NCBI GenBank assembly: GCA_963676565.1
Contig: OY781089.1
Span: forward strand, 3,008,001 to 3,072,000
Reading direction: 5' to 3'
DNA: 64,000 bases
Origin: Halarcobacter sp.
GTDB lineage: Bacteria; Campylobacterota; Campylobacteria; Campylobacterales; Arcobacteraceae
Position numbers and translations under genes: made by a program
Part shown: positions 51,531 to 62,463 of the stretch, in pieces
Position numbering within the stretch: position 1 is the first letter of the stretch
Layout: each line of letters starts with the position of its first letter
The notes under the pieces: model-generated
The model's database searches: none
What the model was told of the DNA's origin: nothing
The model's input: the letters and a program-made list of their open reading frames with translations, nothing else

Positions 51531-52874
51531 TCATTTTCCTAGGCAGAATGCACCAAACATTACATCAAGCATCTGGTCATTCTCATAAGGTCTTGTAATA
51601 TTAGAGATATTTTCTAAAGCTTCTTTAATATGATAAGCAAAAAACTCTAACTCACCTGTTTGAAGTGGCATAGTTGATTCATTTATATGAAAAAGTGTTT
51701 GTGATACTGAATCAACTTGTCTTTTTGAAATAAGTGTCATATCATCACTATGTGTATTTGAATCAAGAAGAGTTTCTAATTTATAAACTAAAGGATTAAT
51801 TGTCTCTTTAGTACTTAATTCAATAAACTCATCTTCTAGTTTAGACTTATCAAAATTATTGTCTAAATCTGATTTATTAAGAACTTTGATTATCTCTTTA
51901 TGCTTATTTTCATCGAGTAAAGTTAGAATTTTTTCATCTTCACTATCACAAGTCTTACTATTATCAAAAAGTGCTATAACAATATCAGCTTCATTTACTG
52001 CTTCAATTGATTTTTCTATACCTATTTTTTCAATTACATCTGAAGCATCTCTAATACCAGCTGTATCAACAATTTTTATTATATGAGTACCAACTTTAAC
52101 AGATTCTTCAATTGTATCTCTAGTAGTTCCTGCTATATCAGATATAATTGCTCTATCAAAGTTTAAAAGCTTATTTAAGAGCGAAGATTTTCCAACATTT
52201 GGTTTTCCAACAATTGCTACTTTAAAACCTTCTATTAAACCTTCTCTTCTACGACTAGCTTCTAAAGTATCAGATAACTTAGTTTTGATTTTATTTAGTT
52301 TATTTTCAATTTGCGAATATATATCATCTGGTAAATCTTCTTCTGCATAATCAATATTAACCTCTGTATATGCAAGCATAAAAAGTAAATCTTCTCTAAT
52401 ATCATTTACAAAATTTGTTAATTCACCCTTTAACTGTTTTGCTAATAACTTAACAGCATCTTCACTTCTTGCTTCAATAATTTTAGCAATTGCTTCAGCT
52501 TTTGTAAGGTCAATTTTTCCATTTAAAAAAGCTCTTTTTGAAAACTCTCCAGGCTGAGCAACCCTTGCTCCAAGTTTAATTACTTCACTCATAATAATAT
52601 TTGAAATAGCAATACCACCATGACATTGAAATTCAACAATATCTTCACCTGTAAAAGAAAATGGATTTTTAAAATATATTAAAAGTGCCTCATCAATAAC
52701 TTCATCATTTGAATTATAAATTGAAGAAAGCGTTGCAAGACGTGGTTTTAAGTCAGTTTTTTTTGAAAGTTTTAGAGCTATGGGTAAAGCATCTTTACCA
52801 CTAACTCTAATAATTGAGATTGAACCAATACCATTAGCTGTAGCAATGGCAACTATTGTTTCATCATTAAGCAA
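51531..52874 (-). CDS. mnmE: tRNA modification GTPase
   Basis: TI.AIAT, SFTGED, GKPNVGKSS, DTAGIR, FCLGK terminus. Confidence 0.97.
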   Translation of the reverse strand: MLNDETIVAIATANGIGSISIIRVSGKDALPIALKLSKKTDLKPRLATLSSIYNSNDEVIDEALLIYFKNPFSFTGEDIVEFQCHGGIAISNIIMSEVIKLGARVAQPGEFSKRAFLNGKIDLTKAEAIAKIIEARSEDAVKLLAKQLKGELTNFVNDIREDLLFMLAYTEVNIDYAEEDLPDDIYSQIENKLNKIKTKLSDTLEASRRREGLIEGFKVAIVGKPNVGKSSLLNKLLNFDRAIISDIAGTTRDTIEESVKVGTHIIKIVDTAGIRDASDVIEKIGIEKSIEAVNEADIVIALFDNSKTCDSEDEKILTLLDENKHKEIIKVLNKSDLDNNFDKSKLEDEFIELSTKETINPLVYKLETLLDSNTHSDDMTLISKRQVDSVSQTLFHINESTMPLQTGELEFFAYHIKEALENISNITRPYENDQMLDVMFGAFCLGK

Positions 52875-52876
52875 TT

Positions 52877-53776
52877 TTATTGCTCTTTTGACTTGTATTC
52901 ATTTACAAGTACGTATTTATCTCCCCTAATATTTGTCTTAACTGCAACATATTTTTCAGGGAATTCATCTCTTAATTTTTTTAAAGCAATATGAACTAAA
53001 ATCCCATCAAGGGGTTTAGTTTTGAAAGAACCTTTCTCTTTTATTGTTTCAATTACTGGTTCTAGATAAGCATAAATTGCAGTCTCTTGATTTTTCAAAA
53101 ACTCTGCAACCTCAAGTCTTAACATAAGACCATATTTTTCATTAATCCAATTAAATAAAATATATGAAAGTGCCTTATATCTATAACCCTCTTTACCAAT
53201 TAGTAAAGCAGAGTCATCTCCAGTAAATTCGATATATAAAGTATCTTCATCATAAAATTCTACTTTAATATTTTCAATACCATAACATGTATCTTCAAAT
53301 AAAGATTTTAGACCTGCATCAACTTCATCTAAAATATCTTGTCTCTCTTTTTTTACAACAATTTTTGCAACTTCACCTTTTGAAGCATCTTCACCATAAA
53401 AATTATCAAAGATTTTTTCCTTTGATTCTACTTTTGGAACATCTCTTAGTCTTGGCTGCTCTTTTTTTCTTTCTTCTCTTCTTCTTTTTTGCGCAGCTCT
53501 TCTTTGATCCTCTTTATTAGAATCTTCAATTTTCTTAGAGACCTCTTCAATCTTTATATCTTTTTTCTTGAATTTATGTTCTCTAGGTTTGTTATCTCTT
53601 CTTTTATTATTATATTTTGGGCTTGCTGTGATAATGGCATCTTTTTTACCAAATCCTAGAAAACCCTTACTTGGTTGTTGAATAATCTCAATATTTAACT
53701 GCGTAATTGAACAACCAAATTCATTTGATGCTAATTCATAAACCTCTTCTAAAGTTTTTGCTTCAAATTGTTTCAT
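52877..53776 (-). CDS. jag: Jag/KhpB-like RNA-binding protein
   Basis: Jag_N (AKTLEE, KGFLGFGKK), KH-like LLIGKEG; located between yidC and mnmE. Confidence 0.85.
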   Translation of the reverse strand: MKQFEAKTLEEVYELASNEFGCSITQLNIEIIQQPSKGFLGFGKKDAIITASPKYNNKRRDNKPREHKFKKKDIKIEEVSKKIEDSNKEDQRRAAQKRRREERKKEQPRLRDVPKVESKEKIFDNFYGEDASKGEVAKIVVKKERQDILDEVDAGLKSLFEDTCYGIENIKVEFYDEDTLYIEFTGDDSALLIGKEGYRYKALSYILFNWINEKYGLMLRLEVAEFLKNQETAIYAYLEPVIETIKEKGSFKTKPLDGILVHIALKKLRDEFPEKYVAVKTNIRGDKYVLVNEYKSKEQ

Positions 53777-53788
53777 AGTAAACTCCTA

Positions 53789-55396
53789 TTACTTTTTAGC
53801 AGCTCTTTGCTTTTCAAACATTCTATTAATATAGTATTGTTGAGAAATAGTAAATACGTTGTTTACAAACCAATATAATGTAAGTCCCGCTGGGAACCAT
53901 AGGAAGAAGAATGTAAATACAACTGGCAACATTTGGAAAATCTTTCTTTGCATCTCATCTTGCATAGTATTTGGAGTAATTCTTTGTTGTAAATACATTG
54001 AAGCACCCATTAAAATTGGTAATACAAAATATGGATCCATCTCAGCTAAATCGTGAATCCATAAAATCCACTCTGCACCTTTAAGCTCAATTGAGTTTAA
54101 TAAAACCCTATAAATAGCAAAGAATACTGGAATTTGTAAGATTAATGGTAAACAACCACCCATTGGATTTGCACCATGTTTCTTGTAAAGTTCCATCATA
54201 TGCATAGATTGTTTTTGTTTATCATCTTTGTATTTTGTTTGAATCTCTTTCATTTTAGGAGCTAAATCTTTTAGCTTTTGCATAGATACCATACCTTTGT
54301 ATGATAATGGATATAATATAAGTTTAATAATAATTGTTAAAAATACAATTGTCCAACCCCAGTTTCCAACAATACCATGAATATATTGTAAGAATAAGAA
54401 CATAGGTTTTGCAATAAATGTAAACCAACCATACTCAATAACATCAGTTAATTCAGGGTTTAATGCTTCTAAATCTTTAAAGTTTTTAGGTCCCATAAAA
54501 CCTGAAAATGAAACATCCCCATTTGCATGTATAAAACTTTGTGGATTATTTGAAGAATCAGGCATTAAAGAAACTTGTAACGAGTTTTCAAAATTATAAG
54601 CTACAGTTGCATAATATCTATCAAAGTTTGAAACAAATTTGATTCCTGTATGAGATTCAACTTTTTCTAGTTTTTCATCAGAAGTTAAACTCATAGTTCC
54701 ATCATTTAATTTTAAATACACACCATGATCAGCATACATATCAACTAAAACATTTGGTCTAAATCCATTTGTAATAAAAAATTGTTGTTTTTCAGAAGTT
54801 TTTACATTTATATCATAATGCCCATCTGGGTAAAATGTTAAATCTTTTGTTACTATTAATCCATCTATATTTTGAGTTAATGTAAGTTTTTGTTCAGTAG
54901 ATGTAGCATCAACTTTTGAACTTGAAGATGTATAAGCAACTTTAAATGCTTTTTCATTTGTATCTGCATTTGCAAATCTAACCTCTAAAGGTCTTAATTG
55001 ATTTGCTTCAAAAAGTTTGATTTGGTTACCCTCTTCATCTTTATATTTACTTTCTAAAAGTGTAACTTGTGCAACTCTACCTAGTTTATCTATTTGGATA
55101 GTGTTTTTTGCAGTTGTAATTGTTGAAATTATTTCAGAATCTCCAATTGCTTTTGAAGAAAGTGCTGAAATTGACTTTTTCATATCTGCACTTGAAGGTT
55201 GTGCTGCTGGACTTACATTTGAAGCAATTTCAGGTGCTGCATTTTGAGATTGTTCTTTTGCTATTTGTGCTTGTTTAGCCTTCTCTTCTTGTTGAGGCTT
55301 TAATACTAAAAATTCATAAGCAATAAAAAATACAAACACTACTAGTGTCATTATTAACATTCTTTTTTGCATACCGTTATCTTGTTGATTCATCAT
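53789..55396 (-). CDS. yidC: Membrane protein insertase
   Basis: GNWGW.I, NPMGGCLP, FPAGL.LYW motifs. Confidence 0.96.
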   Translation of the reverse strand: MMNQQDNGMQKRMLIMTLVVFVFFIAYEFLVLKPQQEEKAKQAQIAKEQSQNAAPEIASNVSPAAQPSSADMKKSISALSSKAIGDSEIISTITTAKNTIQIDKLGRVAQVTLLESKYKDEEGNQIKLFEANQLRPLEVRFANADTNEKAFKVAYTSSSSKVDATSTEQKLTLTQNIDGLIVTKDLTFYPDGHYDINVKTSEKQQFFITNGFRPNVLVDMYADHGVYLKLNDGTMSLTSDEKLEKVESHTGIKFVSNFDRYYATVAYNFENSLQVSLMPDSSNNPQSFIHANGDVSFSGFMGPKNFKDLEALNPELTDVIEYGWFTFIAKPMFLFLQYIHGIVGNWGWTIVFLTIIIKLILYPLSYKGMVSMQKLKDLAPKMKEIQTKYKDDKQKQSMHMMELYKKHGANPMGGCLPLILQIPVFFAIYRVLLNSIELKGAEWILWIHDLAEMDPYFVLPILMGASMYLQQRITPNTMQDEMQRKIFQMLPVVFTFFFLWFPAGLTLYWFVNNVFTISQQYYINRMFEKQRAAKK

Positions 55397-55721
55397 TATA
55401 TGTTTTCCACTCCCGATTTTTTACTATGAGATATTTATTGTCACCTATTGGTACATGCCAATAGGTGACTTTAATTTTTTTAAAATTGATATTATTATGC
55501 CTTACAATCTTTACAACTGGATAATCAAATCCACCAGGAAAAAGTTGATTGCATTTTAATACGCGTGATATTGTAAAATAAATTGCCTTAAAGAAAGAAT
55601 TGTTTTCCAACTGCCATAGTGCATAATTTGAGCAAGTTGGGTAATATCTACAACTTCCAAAGGAAATTACAGACAAGTATCGTTGATAAAATTTGATTAA
55701 GTATCTAAAAAGTGTTTTCAT
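55377..55721 (-). CDS. yidD: Membrane protein insertion efficiency factor
   Basis: CRYYPTCS.Y, R..KC....GG.D motifs. Confidence 0.9.
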   Translation of the reverse strand: MKTLFRYLIKFYQRYLSVISFGSCRYYPTCSNYALWQLENNSFFKAIYFTISRVLKCNQLFPGGFDYPVVKIVRHNNINFKKIKVTYWHVPIGDNKYLIVKNREWKTYNDESTR

Positions 55722-56056
55722 TTTGAATAAAGTTGCATTTTTTTCATTGCATATATAAAATCTTTTTCTAACTCTTTATGAGTTTTTTCAAAAAGTCTTT
55801 CTTTTGCAACAAAAATATATTTGCCAGTGGCAATATTATTTTCAAAAGTTAAGCATAAGGCTCTTAATTTTCTTTTTGCTTTCGCTCTTTTTACAGCATT
55901 TCCTACTTTTTTTGAAGCAACAAATGCAATTTCTAGATCTTTGCTAGAAGTAAAAAAAGCGACAAAAGAGTGGGTGTGCCACTTCTTGCCGCTTTTATAT
56001 AATCGATTAAAATCTTTTGAATTGTTAAGACGGTGGTCTTTGCTTAAACAGCTAAT
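55718..56056 (-). CDS. rnpA: Ribonuclease P protein component (missed by ORF track; probable ATT start)
   Basis: Manual translation [24 protein letters not shown]...[20 protein letters not shown]...; between rpmH and yidD; TGA overlaps yidD ATG. Confidence 0.88.
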   Translation of the reverse strand: MSCLSKDHRLNNSKDFNRLYKSGKKWHTHSFVAFFTSSKDLEIAFVASKKVGNAVKRAKAKRKLRALCLTFENNIATGKYIFVAKERLFEKTHKELEKDFIYAMKKMQLYSK

Positions 56057-56178
56057 CTCTTTCTACCTTTAGCTCTTCTAGCTTTAATTACTTTTCTACC
56101 GTTCTTAGTTTTCATTCTGATTCTAAAACCATGCGTTCTTTTTCTTGGCGTGTTATGTGGTTGATATGTTCTTTTCAT
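56044..56178 (-). CDS. rpmH: 50S ribosomal protein L34 (missed by ORF track)
   Basis: Manual translation [44 protein letters not shown]. Confidence 0.97.
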   Translation of the reverse strand: MKRTYQPHNTPRKRTHGFRIRMKTKNGRKVIKARRAKGRKRLAV

Positions 56179-56253
56179 ATTCTTTAGTTCCTCTATTCAC
56201 AAATTAAGTCGCGTATTATATTTAAACAAAACTTAAGTTAAGGTTAACTTTAG

Positions 56254-57156
56254 CTACTTTTCCAGATTTAATGCTTTTTGAACGCAACTTTCTAATGTTG
56301 TGTTATCTGCTATACTTACATTTATATTTTTGGGAAAATATTTCATTGTTGTTTTTCCAATACTTATAGCTCTAAAAGAGTCTTTCCAATTTACATTTTT
56401 GAAAAATGAATCAATAGTTGAAGGGGATGAAAATATAATAATTGAATCATCTGGTAAATCTATCTTTTCTTCATATTCTACACATACTGTTTCATATAAA
56501 GCTATATGTTCACATTCTACATTGTTTTCATTTAAAATACCAATTAGATTAGAGACAATTTTTTTTGCCCCAATATAAGCAACTTTTTTGTTTCTTAATA
56601 ACTTGATAAGTTCATAGGCAAACTCATTACCATGCTTTTCCTTGCCAACAAATGCTGCCTTTATCCCAAATTTGCTTATCTGTTTTGCAGTTTGTGTTGA
56701 GATGGCATAAGAGGGGATATTTTTCCATTCTTTTGTAATTGAATTTAAATGTATTACTGCATTCTTTGAGGTAAAAATTAATCCATCATAGTTTTTTAAA
56801 TCTATCTCATTTAAGATTGGTTTTGTATTTATAAGTGGCAAGTTTTTTGCATATTTAACATTTTTGTCACTTAAAATATAAATATTTTTATTTCTATTTT
56901 TAATATCATAATTTATATTCTTAACTCTTTGTTTTAAATGCTCAAAAAAATTATCTTTAGAAGATATTACCAAATCACCATTTTCATCAATAAAAAATTG
57001 AATTTGATTTTTTGAAAGTTCATATGTAAGTTTAATAAACTCCTTATAAGAACTGTTTTTATCACAATTTTTATCTTTTACGAATTTATTTTGATATTTA
57101 TCATATTCATAATAAAGTAGTTTTAGATTATCAAAAAGCTGTGTAAGGTTTTTCAT
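56254..57156 (-). CDS. hemD: Uroporphyrinogen-III synthase with about 90-aa N-terminal extension
   Basis: LIFTSKNAV, LYET, FSSPS, SIGKTT motifs. Confidence 0.8.
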   Translation of the reverse strand: MKNLTQLFDNLKLLYYEYDKYQNKFVKDKNCDKNSSYKEFIKLTYELSKNQIQFFIDENGDLVISSKDNFFEHLKQRVKNINYDIKNRNKNIYILSDKNVKYAKNLPLINTKPILNEIDLKNYDGLIFTSKNAVIHLNSITKEWKNIPSYAISTQTAKQISKFGIKAAFVGKEKHGNEFAYELIKLLRNKKVAYIGAKKIVSNLIGILNENNVECEHIALYETVCVEYEEKIDLPDDSIIIFSSPSTIDSFFKNVNWKDSFRAISIGKTTMKYFPKNINVSIADNTTLESCVQKALNLEK

Positions 57157-57175
57157 TTTCCTCTCATCTTTACAT

Positions 57176-57206
57176 AAAATAAAGCTTCAATTAGAAGCTT
57201 TATTTT
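57176..57206. terminator. Terminator hairpin after clpB
   Basis: AAAATAAAGCTTC-aatta-GAAGCTTTATTTT. Confidence 0.7.
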
Positions 57207-59784
57207 AATTTAAATTAACTACGACTTTATCATTTATAACATCAAACTCTACTTTAGAACCTTCTACAATTTTATCTTCTAAGATTAAGTCAGCTAATTT
57301 ATCTTCTACTATCTCATAAATAGCTCTTTTTAGTGGTCTTGCACCATAAACTGGGTCGAAACCAACTTTTGCAATAAACTCTTTTGCACTTGTAGTTAAA
57401 CTAATCTCAATATCTTTTGAAACAACTTTTTTCTTAATAGCTTCAAATAATATATCAACTATATTTGTAATAGCTTCAAGTCCTAGCTGCTCAAAGATAA
57501 CAATATCATCAAGTCTATTTAAAAACTCTGGTCTAAAATAAGCTTTTAAATCATCTAATACTAATTTTTTTCTTTCCTCTTTATCACTAATTTCAATAAT
57601 CTTAGCACTTCCAATATTTGAAGTTAAGATGATAATTGTATTTTTAAAATCAACAGTAACACCTTTGTTATCAGTAAGTCTTCCATCATCTAATACTTGT
57701 AAAAGTATATTAAATACATCAGGGTGTGCTTTTTCTATCTCATCAAATAAAATAACACTATAAGGTTTTCTTCTAACTGCTTCTGTTAACTGACCACCTT
57801 CTTCATATCCTACATATCCTGGAGCTGCACCAATAAGTCTACTTACAGCATGTTTTTCCATATACTCACTCATATCAAATCTAATAAGAGCTTTTTCATC
57901 ATCAAATAAAAATCTTGCAAGTGTTTTAGCACTTTCTGTTTTACCAACTCCTGTTGGTCCTAAGAACATAAATGACCCAACTGGTCTATTATCATCACTT
58001 AATCCAGCTTTGTTTCTTTTAATAGCTCTAGAGATTGCTTTTAAAGCTTCATCTTGCCCTATTACATCTTGTTTTAAAACCTCTTCAACTTTTAAAACTT
58101 TTTGTTTTTCAGAGTCCATCATTTTATTTACTGGAATACCTGTCCATCTACTTACAATACTTGCAATTGACTCTTCATCAACTGAGTTTCTAAGTAAGGT
58201 ACCCTCTTCTTGCATTTGATTCCATTTAGCTTGGTTTTCAGCAATCTTTTTTTGTAACTCTGGAATTTCACCATACTCAATTGAAGCTGCTTCTTCAAAC
58301 TTTGATTCTCTTTTAGCTCTTTCTGCTTTTACTTTTAATTCATCAATTTTTGCTTTTAATGAACTTTCTGCATTAAAAGTCTCTTTTTCATTGTCAAATC
58401 TTGCTTCTAAGTTTTGCTTTTCTTCATTTTTGTTTGCCAATTCTTTTTCAATCTCTTCTAATCTTTGTTCATTCTTTTTAGATTTTTCCATTTTTAATGC
58501 TTCTTTTTCTACATTAAGTGTTTGTATCTCTCTTTTTATTGTAGAAAGGGCAATTGGCTCTGATTCTATTTGCATTTTTAGCTCTGCTGCTGCTTCATCA
58601 ATTAAGTCAATTGCTTTATCTGGTAAAAATCTATCAGAGATATATCTATCAGATAATTTGGCAGCTGCAACTAATGCAGAATCATTTATTGTTACATTAT
58701 GGTGTGTTTCAAGTCTCTCTTTTATACCTCTTAGTATTTGTAAAGCTTCATTTACACTTGGCTCATTTACATTAACTGGTTGGAACCTTCTTTGCATTGC
58801 TGCATCTTTTTCAAAATATTTTCTATACTCTTTTAGTGTAGTTGCACCAATAGTGTGTAGTTCACCTCTTGCTAATGATGGTTTTAAGATATTTGCTGCA
58901 TCCATACTACCTTCACTTGCACCTGCACCAATAATTGTGTGAATCTCATCAATAAAAAGGATAATATTTCCAGCTTTTTTCACTTCATCAATAACTGCTT
59001 TTAATCTATCTTCAAACTCACCTCTATATTTAGCACCTGCAATTAATGCACTCATATCTAAAGTTACAACTTTTTTATTTTGTAAACTTAAAGGTACTTG
59101 TTTTTCAACTATTCTTTGAGCTAGACCTTCTGCTATTGCTGTTTTACCAGTACCTGGCTCACCTAGTAAAATTGGATTATTTTTAGTTTTTCTAATTAGA
59201 ATTTGCATCATTCTTTGAATTTGCTCATCTCTTCCAATTACAGGGTCTAATTCACCATCAATCGCTTTTTTATTTAAATCAATACCATATTTACTTAAAG
59301 CTTCTAAATTATCATCTGAACTTTGTGAATCAATTGTTTGTCCTGCTCTCATAGCTTCAAGATTCTTCTTAGCCTCACTTAAATCTAAATACTTTCCAAG
59401 CACATCTTTAATCACTTGATTTGATAAATTTGCCATCAACCATGTATCAATAGCTATAAATTTATCTCCATTGCTAGTCATCAGGCCTTCAGCATTTTGA
59501 ACCGAACTTAAAAAGTTTCTTGATAGTTTTATATTCTCTTTTGTTACACTTGAAACTTGAGGAAGTTTGTTAGCATATGATTTTGCTTCTAATTCAATTG
59601 CTGCTTTATCCACATTCATTTTATTTAATAGTTGATTTAATACTGAATTTGTATTTGTTAATAAAGCCCATAAAAAGTGAATTACATCAACTTCTTGATT
59701 TTTATTATGTAATGCAAGTGATACTGATGAATCAATCACTTCATGCATTTGGTTTGTTAGTTTTTCAAATATTTTATTACTCAT
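57205..59784 (-). CDS. clpB: Disaggregase chaperone ClpB
   Basis: Two AAA+ modules ([16 protein letters not shown]), middle coiled coil, GYVGYEEGG. Confidence 0.97.
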   Translation of the reverse strand: MSNKIFEKLTNQMHEVIDSSVSLALHNKNQEVDVIHFLWALLTNTNSVLNQLLNKMNVDKAAIELEAKSYANKLPQVSSVTKENIKLSRNFLSSVQNAEGLMTSNGDKFIAIDTWLMANLSNQVIKDVLGKYLDLSEAKKNLEAMRAGQTIDSQSSDDNLEALSKYGIDLNKKAIDGELDPVIGRDEQIQRMMQILIRKTKNNPILLGEPGTGKTAIAEGLAQRIVEKQVPLSLQNKKVVTLDMSALIAGAKYRGEFEDRLKAVIDEVKKAGNIILFIDEIHTIIGAGASEGSMDAANILKPSLARGELHTIGATTLKEYRKYFEKDAAMQRRFQPVNVNEPSVNEALQILRGIKERLETHHNVTINDSALVAAAKLSDRYISDRFLPDKAIDLIDEAAAELKMQIESEPIALSTIKREIQTLNVEKEALKMEKSKKNEQRLEEIEKELANKNEEKQNLEARFDNEKETFNAESSLKAKIDELKVKAERAKRESKFEEAASIEYGEIPELQKKIAENQAKWNQMQEEGTLLRNSVDEESIASIVSRWTGIPVNKMMDSEKQKVLKVEEVLKQDVIGQDEALKAISRAIKRNKAGLSDDNRPVGSFMFLGPTGVGKTESAKTLARFLFDDEKALIRFDMSEYMEKHAVSRLIGAAPGYVGYEEGGQLTEAVRRKPYSVILFDEIEKAHPDVFNILLQVLDDGRLTDNKGVTVDFKNTIIILTSNIGSAKIIEISDKEERKKLVLDDLKAYFRPEFLNRLDDIVIFEQLGLEAITNIVDILFEAIKKKVVSKDIEISLTTSAKEFIAKVGFDPVYGARPLKRAIYEIVEDKLADLILEDKIVEGSKVEFDVINDKVVVNLN

Positions 59785-59811
59785 TTAGCACTCCTTTTCT
59801 TTAACTGCTAA
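59785..59811. promoter_or_regulatory. CIRCE-like (HrcA) operator over the clpB RBS
   Basis: TTAGCACTC-N9-AACTGCTAA versus consensus TTAGCACTC-N9-GAGTGCTAA. Confidence 0.6.
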
Positions 59812-59825
59812 TATAATTTTAGCAC

Positions 59826-59846
59826 TTTGAGTGTATCTTTGTCAAG
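59826..59846. promoter_or_regulatory. HAIR-like (HspR) operator overlapping the clpB -35
   Basis: TTTGAGT-N7-TGTCAAG versus CTTGAGT-N7-ACTCAAG; minus-strand TTGACA (59840-59845) and TGcTAAAAT (59816-59824). Confidence 0.6.
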
Positions 59847-59929
59847 TCTTTTTATAAATCTTTTATAAATTATAATTCTTTTTTTATATTTTTGTCCCTT
59901 TTAAAGTGGGACACTTTTGAAGGATTTTA

Positions 59930-60511
59930 ATGTTGTGTGGAATTGATGAAGCAGGCCGTGGTCCAATTGCAGGGCCTTTAAGTGTAGCAGGTGTTATATT
60001 TATAAATGAAGTTAAAGAATTAAATGACTCTAAGAAATTAAGTGAAAAAAAGAGGGAAGAATTATTCCCTAAAATTAAAGAAAACTGTCACTATCATATA
60101 GTATTTAAAAGTGCTAAAGAGATAGATGAAAAAGGAATTAGTACTTGTTTAAAAGAATCAATAATAGAAATTATGGAAACATTAAAAGATAAATGTGATG
60201 AAAATATAGAATTTTTAATGGATGGAAATACCTCTTTTGGGATAAATACACTTCAACATAAAATAAAAGCAGATGCAACGATAAAAGAAGTAAGTGCAGC
60301 TTCAATATTAGCAAAAGTAAGTCGTGACAGATATATGAATGAAATAGCCCCAAACTATAAAGAGTATGATTTTTATAAACATAAAGGATATGGAACAAAA
60401 GCTCATGTTGAAGCAATTAAAAAATATGGTAGAAGTGATCAACATAGAGTTACTTTTAGATTAAAAGCATTAGGTGAAGAAAAAATTGGAGTACAAAAAA
60501 ATCTATTTTGA
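59930..60511 (+). CDS. rnhB: Ribonuclease HII
   Basis: GIDEAGRGP.AGP, DSKKLS, AASILAKV.RD, KGYGT..H motifs. Confidence 0.96.
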   Translation: MLCGIDEAGRGPIAGPLSVAGVIFINEVKELNDSKKLSEKKREELFPKIKENCHYHIVFKSAKEIDEKGISTCLKESIIEIMETLKDKCDENIEFLMDGNTSFGINTLQHKIKADATIKEVSAASILAKVSRDRYMNEIAPNYKEYDFYKHKGYGTKAHVEAIKKYGRSDQHRVTFRLKALGEEKIGVQKNLF

Positions 60512-60817
60512 AACCTCTCCAATATGATTTTCAACAGATTTTACTTTTCCTTCAAGTCTATTTTCATGACCAGGTCGAATATCAAAAGTTATAGTAGAAT
60601 ATATCCGTTTAGAACCTAATTGTTCTAACTTGTCATAACATTTTTGAATTATCATTAAGGCTTCACTCATTTTTTCTGTTTCAATAATAGTAGACATCGC
60701 AGTTAGTTTATAAGGATATCCACAATCTCTTATAACCTTTAAAACTTCAGAAACTTCTTTACTTTTACTTTCACTTTTATCTGTTGGAAACATAGCCATT
60801 TGTAACAATACAGACAC
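60503..60817 (-). CDS. MTH1187/YkoF-like thiamine-binding family protein
   Basis: S.S..V.....I...G..Y.LT.M.T.IE and K..SV pattern. Confidence 0.75.
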   Translation of the reverse strand: MSVLLQMAMFPTDKSESKSKEVSEVLKVIRDCGYPYKLTAMSTIIETEKMSEALMIIQKCYDKLEQLGSKRIYSTITFDIRPGHENRLEGKVKSVENHIGEVSK

Positions 60818-60831
60818 AAGAACTCCTTATT

Positions 60832-62463
60832 TTAGTTGAAAATATTTAATTGGTTTTTACCATTTTTCTTAGCAACATACATACCCTCATCTGCTCTATC
60901 AAGTGCAGTATAAATATCATCACTAGCATTACAAATAGTTAAGCCCATACTTGCAGTTATTCTAATACTAAGATTATCAATTTTAAGTTTTTTTCTTGCA
61001 ATAATTTCCCTTAAATTTTCTGAATATTTTCTTGCACCATTTAAAGATGTATTTGGTAATAAAATAGCAAATTCTTCACCACCATATCTGCAAATTACAT
61101 CACTTTCTCTTTTGTGTTCCATCATTAAATCAGCCACGGCACATAATACATAGTCTCCTACTTGGTGACCATAGGTATCATTTATCTTCTTAAAATTATC
61201 AAGGTCGATAAGTAAAATAGCTACATCTTTGCCCTCACGTTTTGCAAGGTTTATTGACTCTTTTGCTATTGTCTCAAAATATCTTCTATTGTAAATTTTG
61301 GTTAAAAAATCTTTTTCAGAAAGGTCTTTTAATTCTTTATTCATTTCAAGCAGCTTTTCTTCATTGCTTTTTAATTGATGCGTTACTTTATAAAGTACTA
61401 TATTTTTATAAATAATAACAATTATTAAAAGAGTAAAAAGTCCAATAAAAAAGTATAAATATGGTAATTCTTTATATTCAGATAAACGTTTAAATTCATT
61501 TTTTAAATGATTAATTAAACTATTATCATGATAAACAAAATCTTTTATATCAATGTTTTTTCTAACTAAACCCATAACATTATATAAATCATAAATTCTT
61601 TGTAGTTTATTTAAATCAATATTCCCCAAAATATCAGTATCATAATAAGAAAGTTTTTTTAACTCTTTTCCTTCAAATATCAACTCTTCTCTTGTTAGAT
61701 TTTGAGTATTGTATTTTTCTAAAATTAAATCAACTGTTTCTTCAATATTTGAGTAAGCATATTCCCAACCCTTTAATGAAGCATTTCTAAATTTTTCAAC
61801 TAACTCTTCTTGATTTTCTAATTTTGTTTTACTAGTATATAAAAAATCACTATACATATCAAAGCCATAATCACTTGGAGAAAAAGTATTATATGCAATT
61901 CCCATTTTTTGTAAAAAATATGGTGCTTTTGAGGTATAAGCTGATATAACATCTGTTTTCTTATTTATTAAATCATTAATATTGTGAGTATGATTAATAA
62001 ATTTTAAATTTTTTAGTTGAACTTTTTGAGAAATAATCATAGATTTAAGTGATACTTCACTAGCATCGTCAATGGTAGTCATTATTCTTTTACCATGAAA
62101 ATCAGTAATATTATTGATATTAGATTCTTTTGTAGATATTAAAATTAGTGGACTATTTTGAAACAAAGCATATAAAGTAACAATATTTTTATTATCACTT
62201 TTTTCTAAAATTAAAGTTTCTCTACCAACTGCAAAATCATATTTGCCATTACTTACACCTTGAGGGATATCAAGACCAAATTCAAAAGGTTTAATATTTA
62301 CATCTAATCCTTCATCTTTGTAAAAACCTTTTTCTTTTGCAATAAAATAACCTGCAAATTGGAATTGATTAAACCATGATAATTGTAAGGTGACACTATT
62401 TGCAATAGCTAAAAAAGGATTCAATATCAAAATAAGAAACAGCGTAAAGAAAAAAGGATTCAT
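60832..62463 (-). CDS. Diguanylate cyclase with periplasmic NMT1/THI5-like binding domain
   Basis: LQL.W..QFQFAGY..AKEKGFY; TM; D.DNFK.IND.YGH..GD, RESD I-site, GGEEF. Confidence 0.9.
   Translation of the reverse strand: MNPFFFTLFLILILNPFLAIANSVTLQLSWFNQFQFAGYFIAKEKGFYKDEGLDVNIKPFEFGLDIPQGVSNGKYDFAVGRETLILEKSDNKNIVTLYALFQNSPLILISTKESNINNITDFHGKRIMTTIDDASEVSLKSMIISQKVQLKNLKFINHTHNINDLINKKTDVISAYTSKAPYFLQKMGIAYNTFSPSDYGFDMYSDFLYTSKTKLENQEELVEKFRNASLKGWEYAYSNIEETVDLILEKYNTQNLTREELIFEGKELKKLSYYDTDILGNIDLNKLQRIYDLYNVMGLVRKNIDIKDFVYHDNSLINHLKNEFKRLSEYKELPYLYFFIGLFTLLIIVIIYKNIVLYKVTHQLKSNEEKLLEMNKELKDLSEKDFLTKIYNRRYFETIAKESINLAKREGKDVAILLIDLDNFKKINDTYGHQVGDYVLCAVADLMMEHKRESDVICRYGGEEFAILLPNTSLNGARKYSENLREIIARKKLKIDNLSIRITASMGLTICNASDDIYTALDRADEGMYVAKKNGKNQLNIFN

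Noticed and set aside
55821..56072. 83-aa plus-strand ORF
   Set aside because: Antisense to the true rnpA/rpmH genes.
51531..56253. oriC expected next to rpmH-rnpA-yidC-mnmE
   Set aside because: No dnaA or DnaA-box cluster seen; this block is unlinked from oriC in Campylobacterota.
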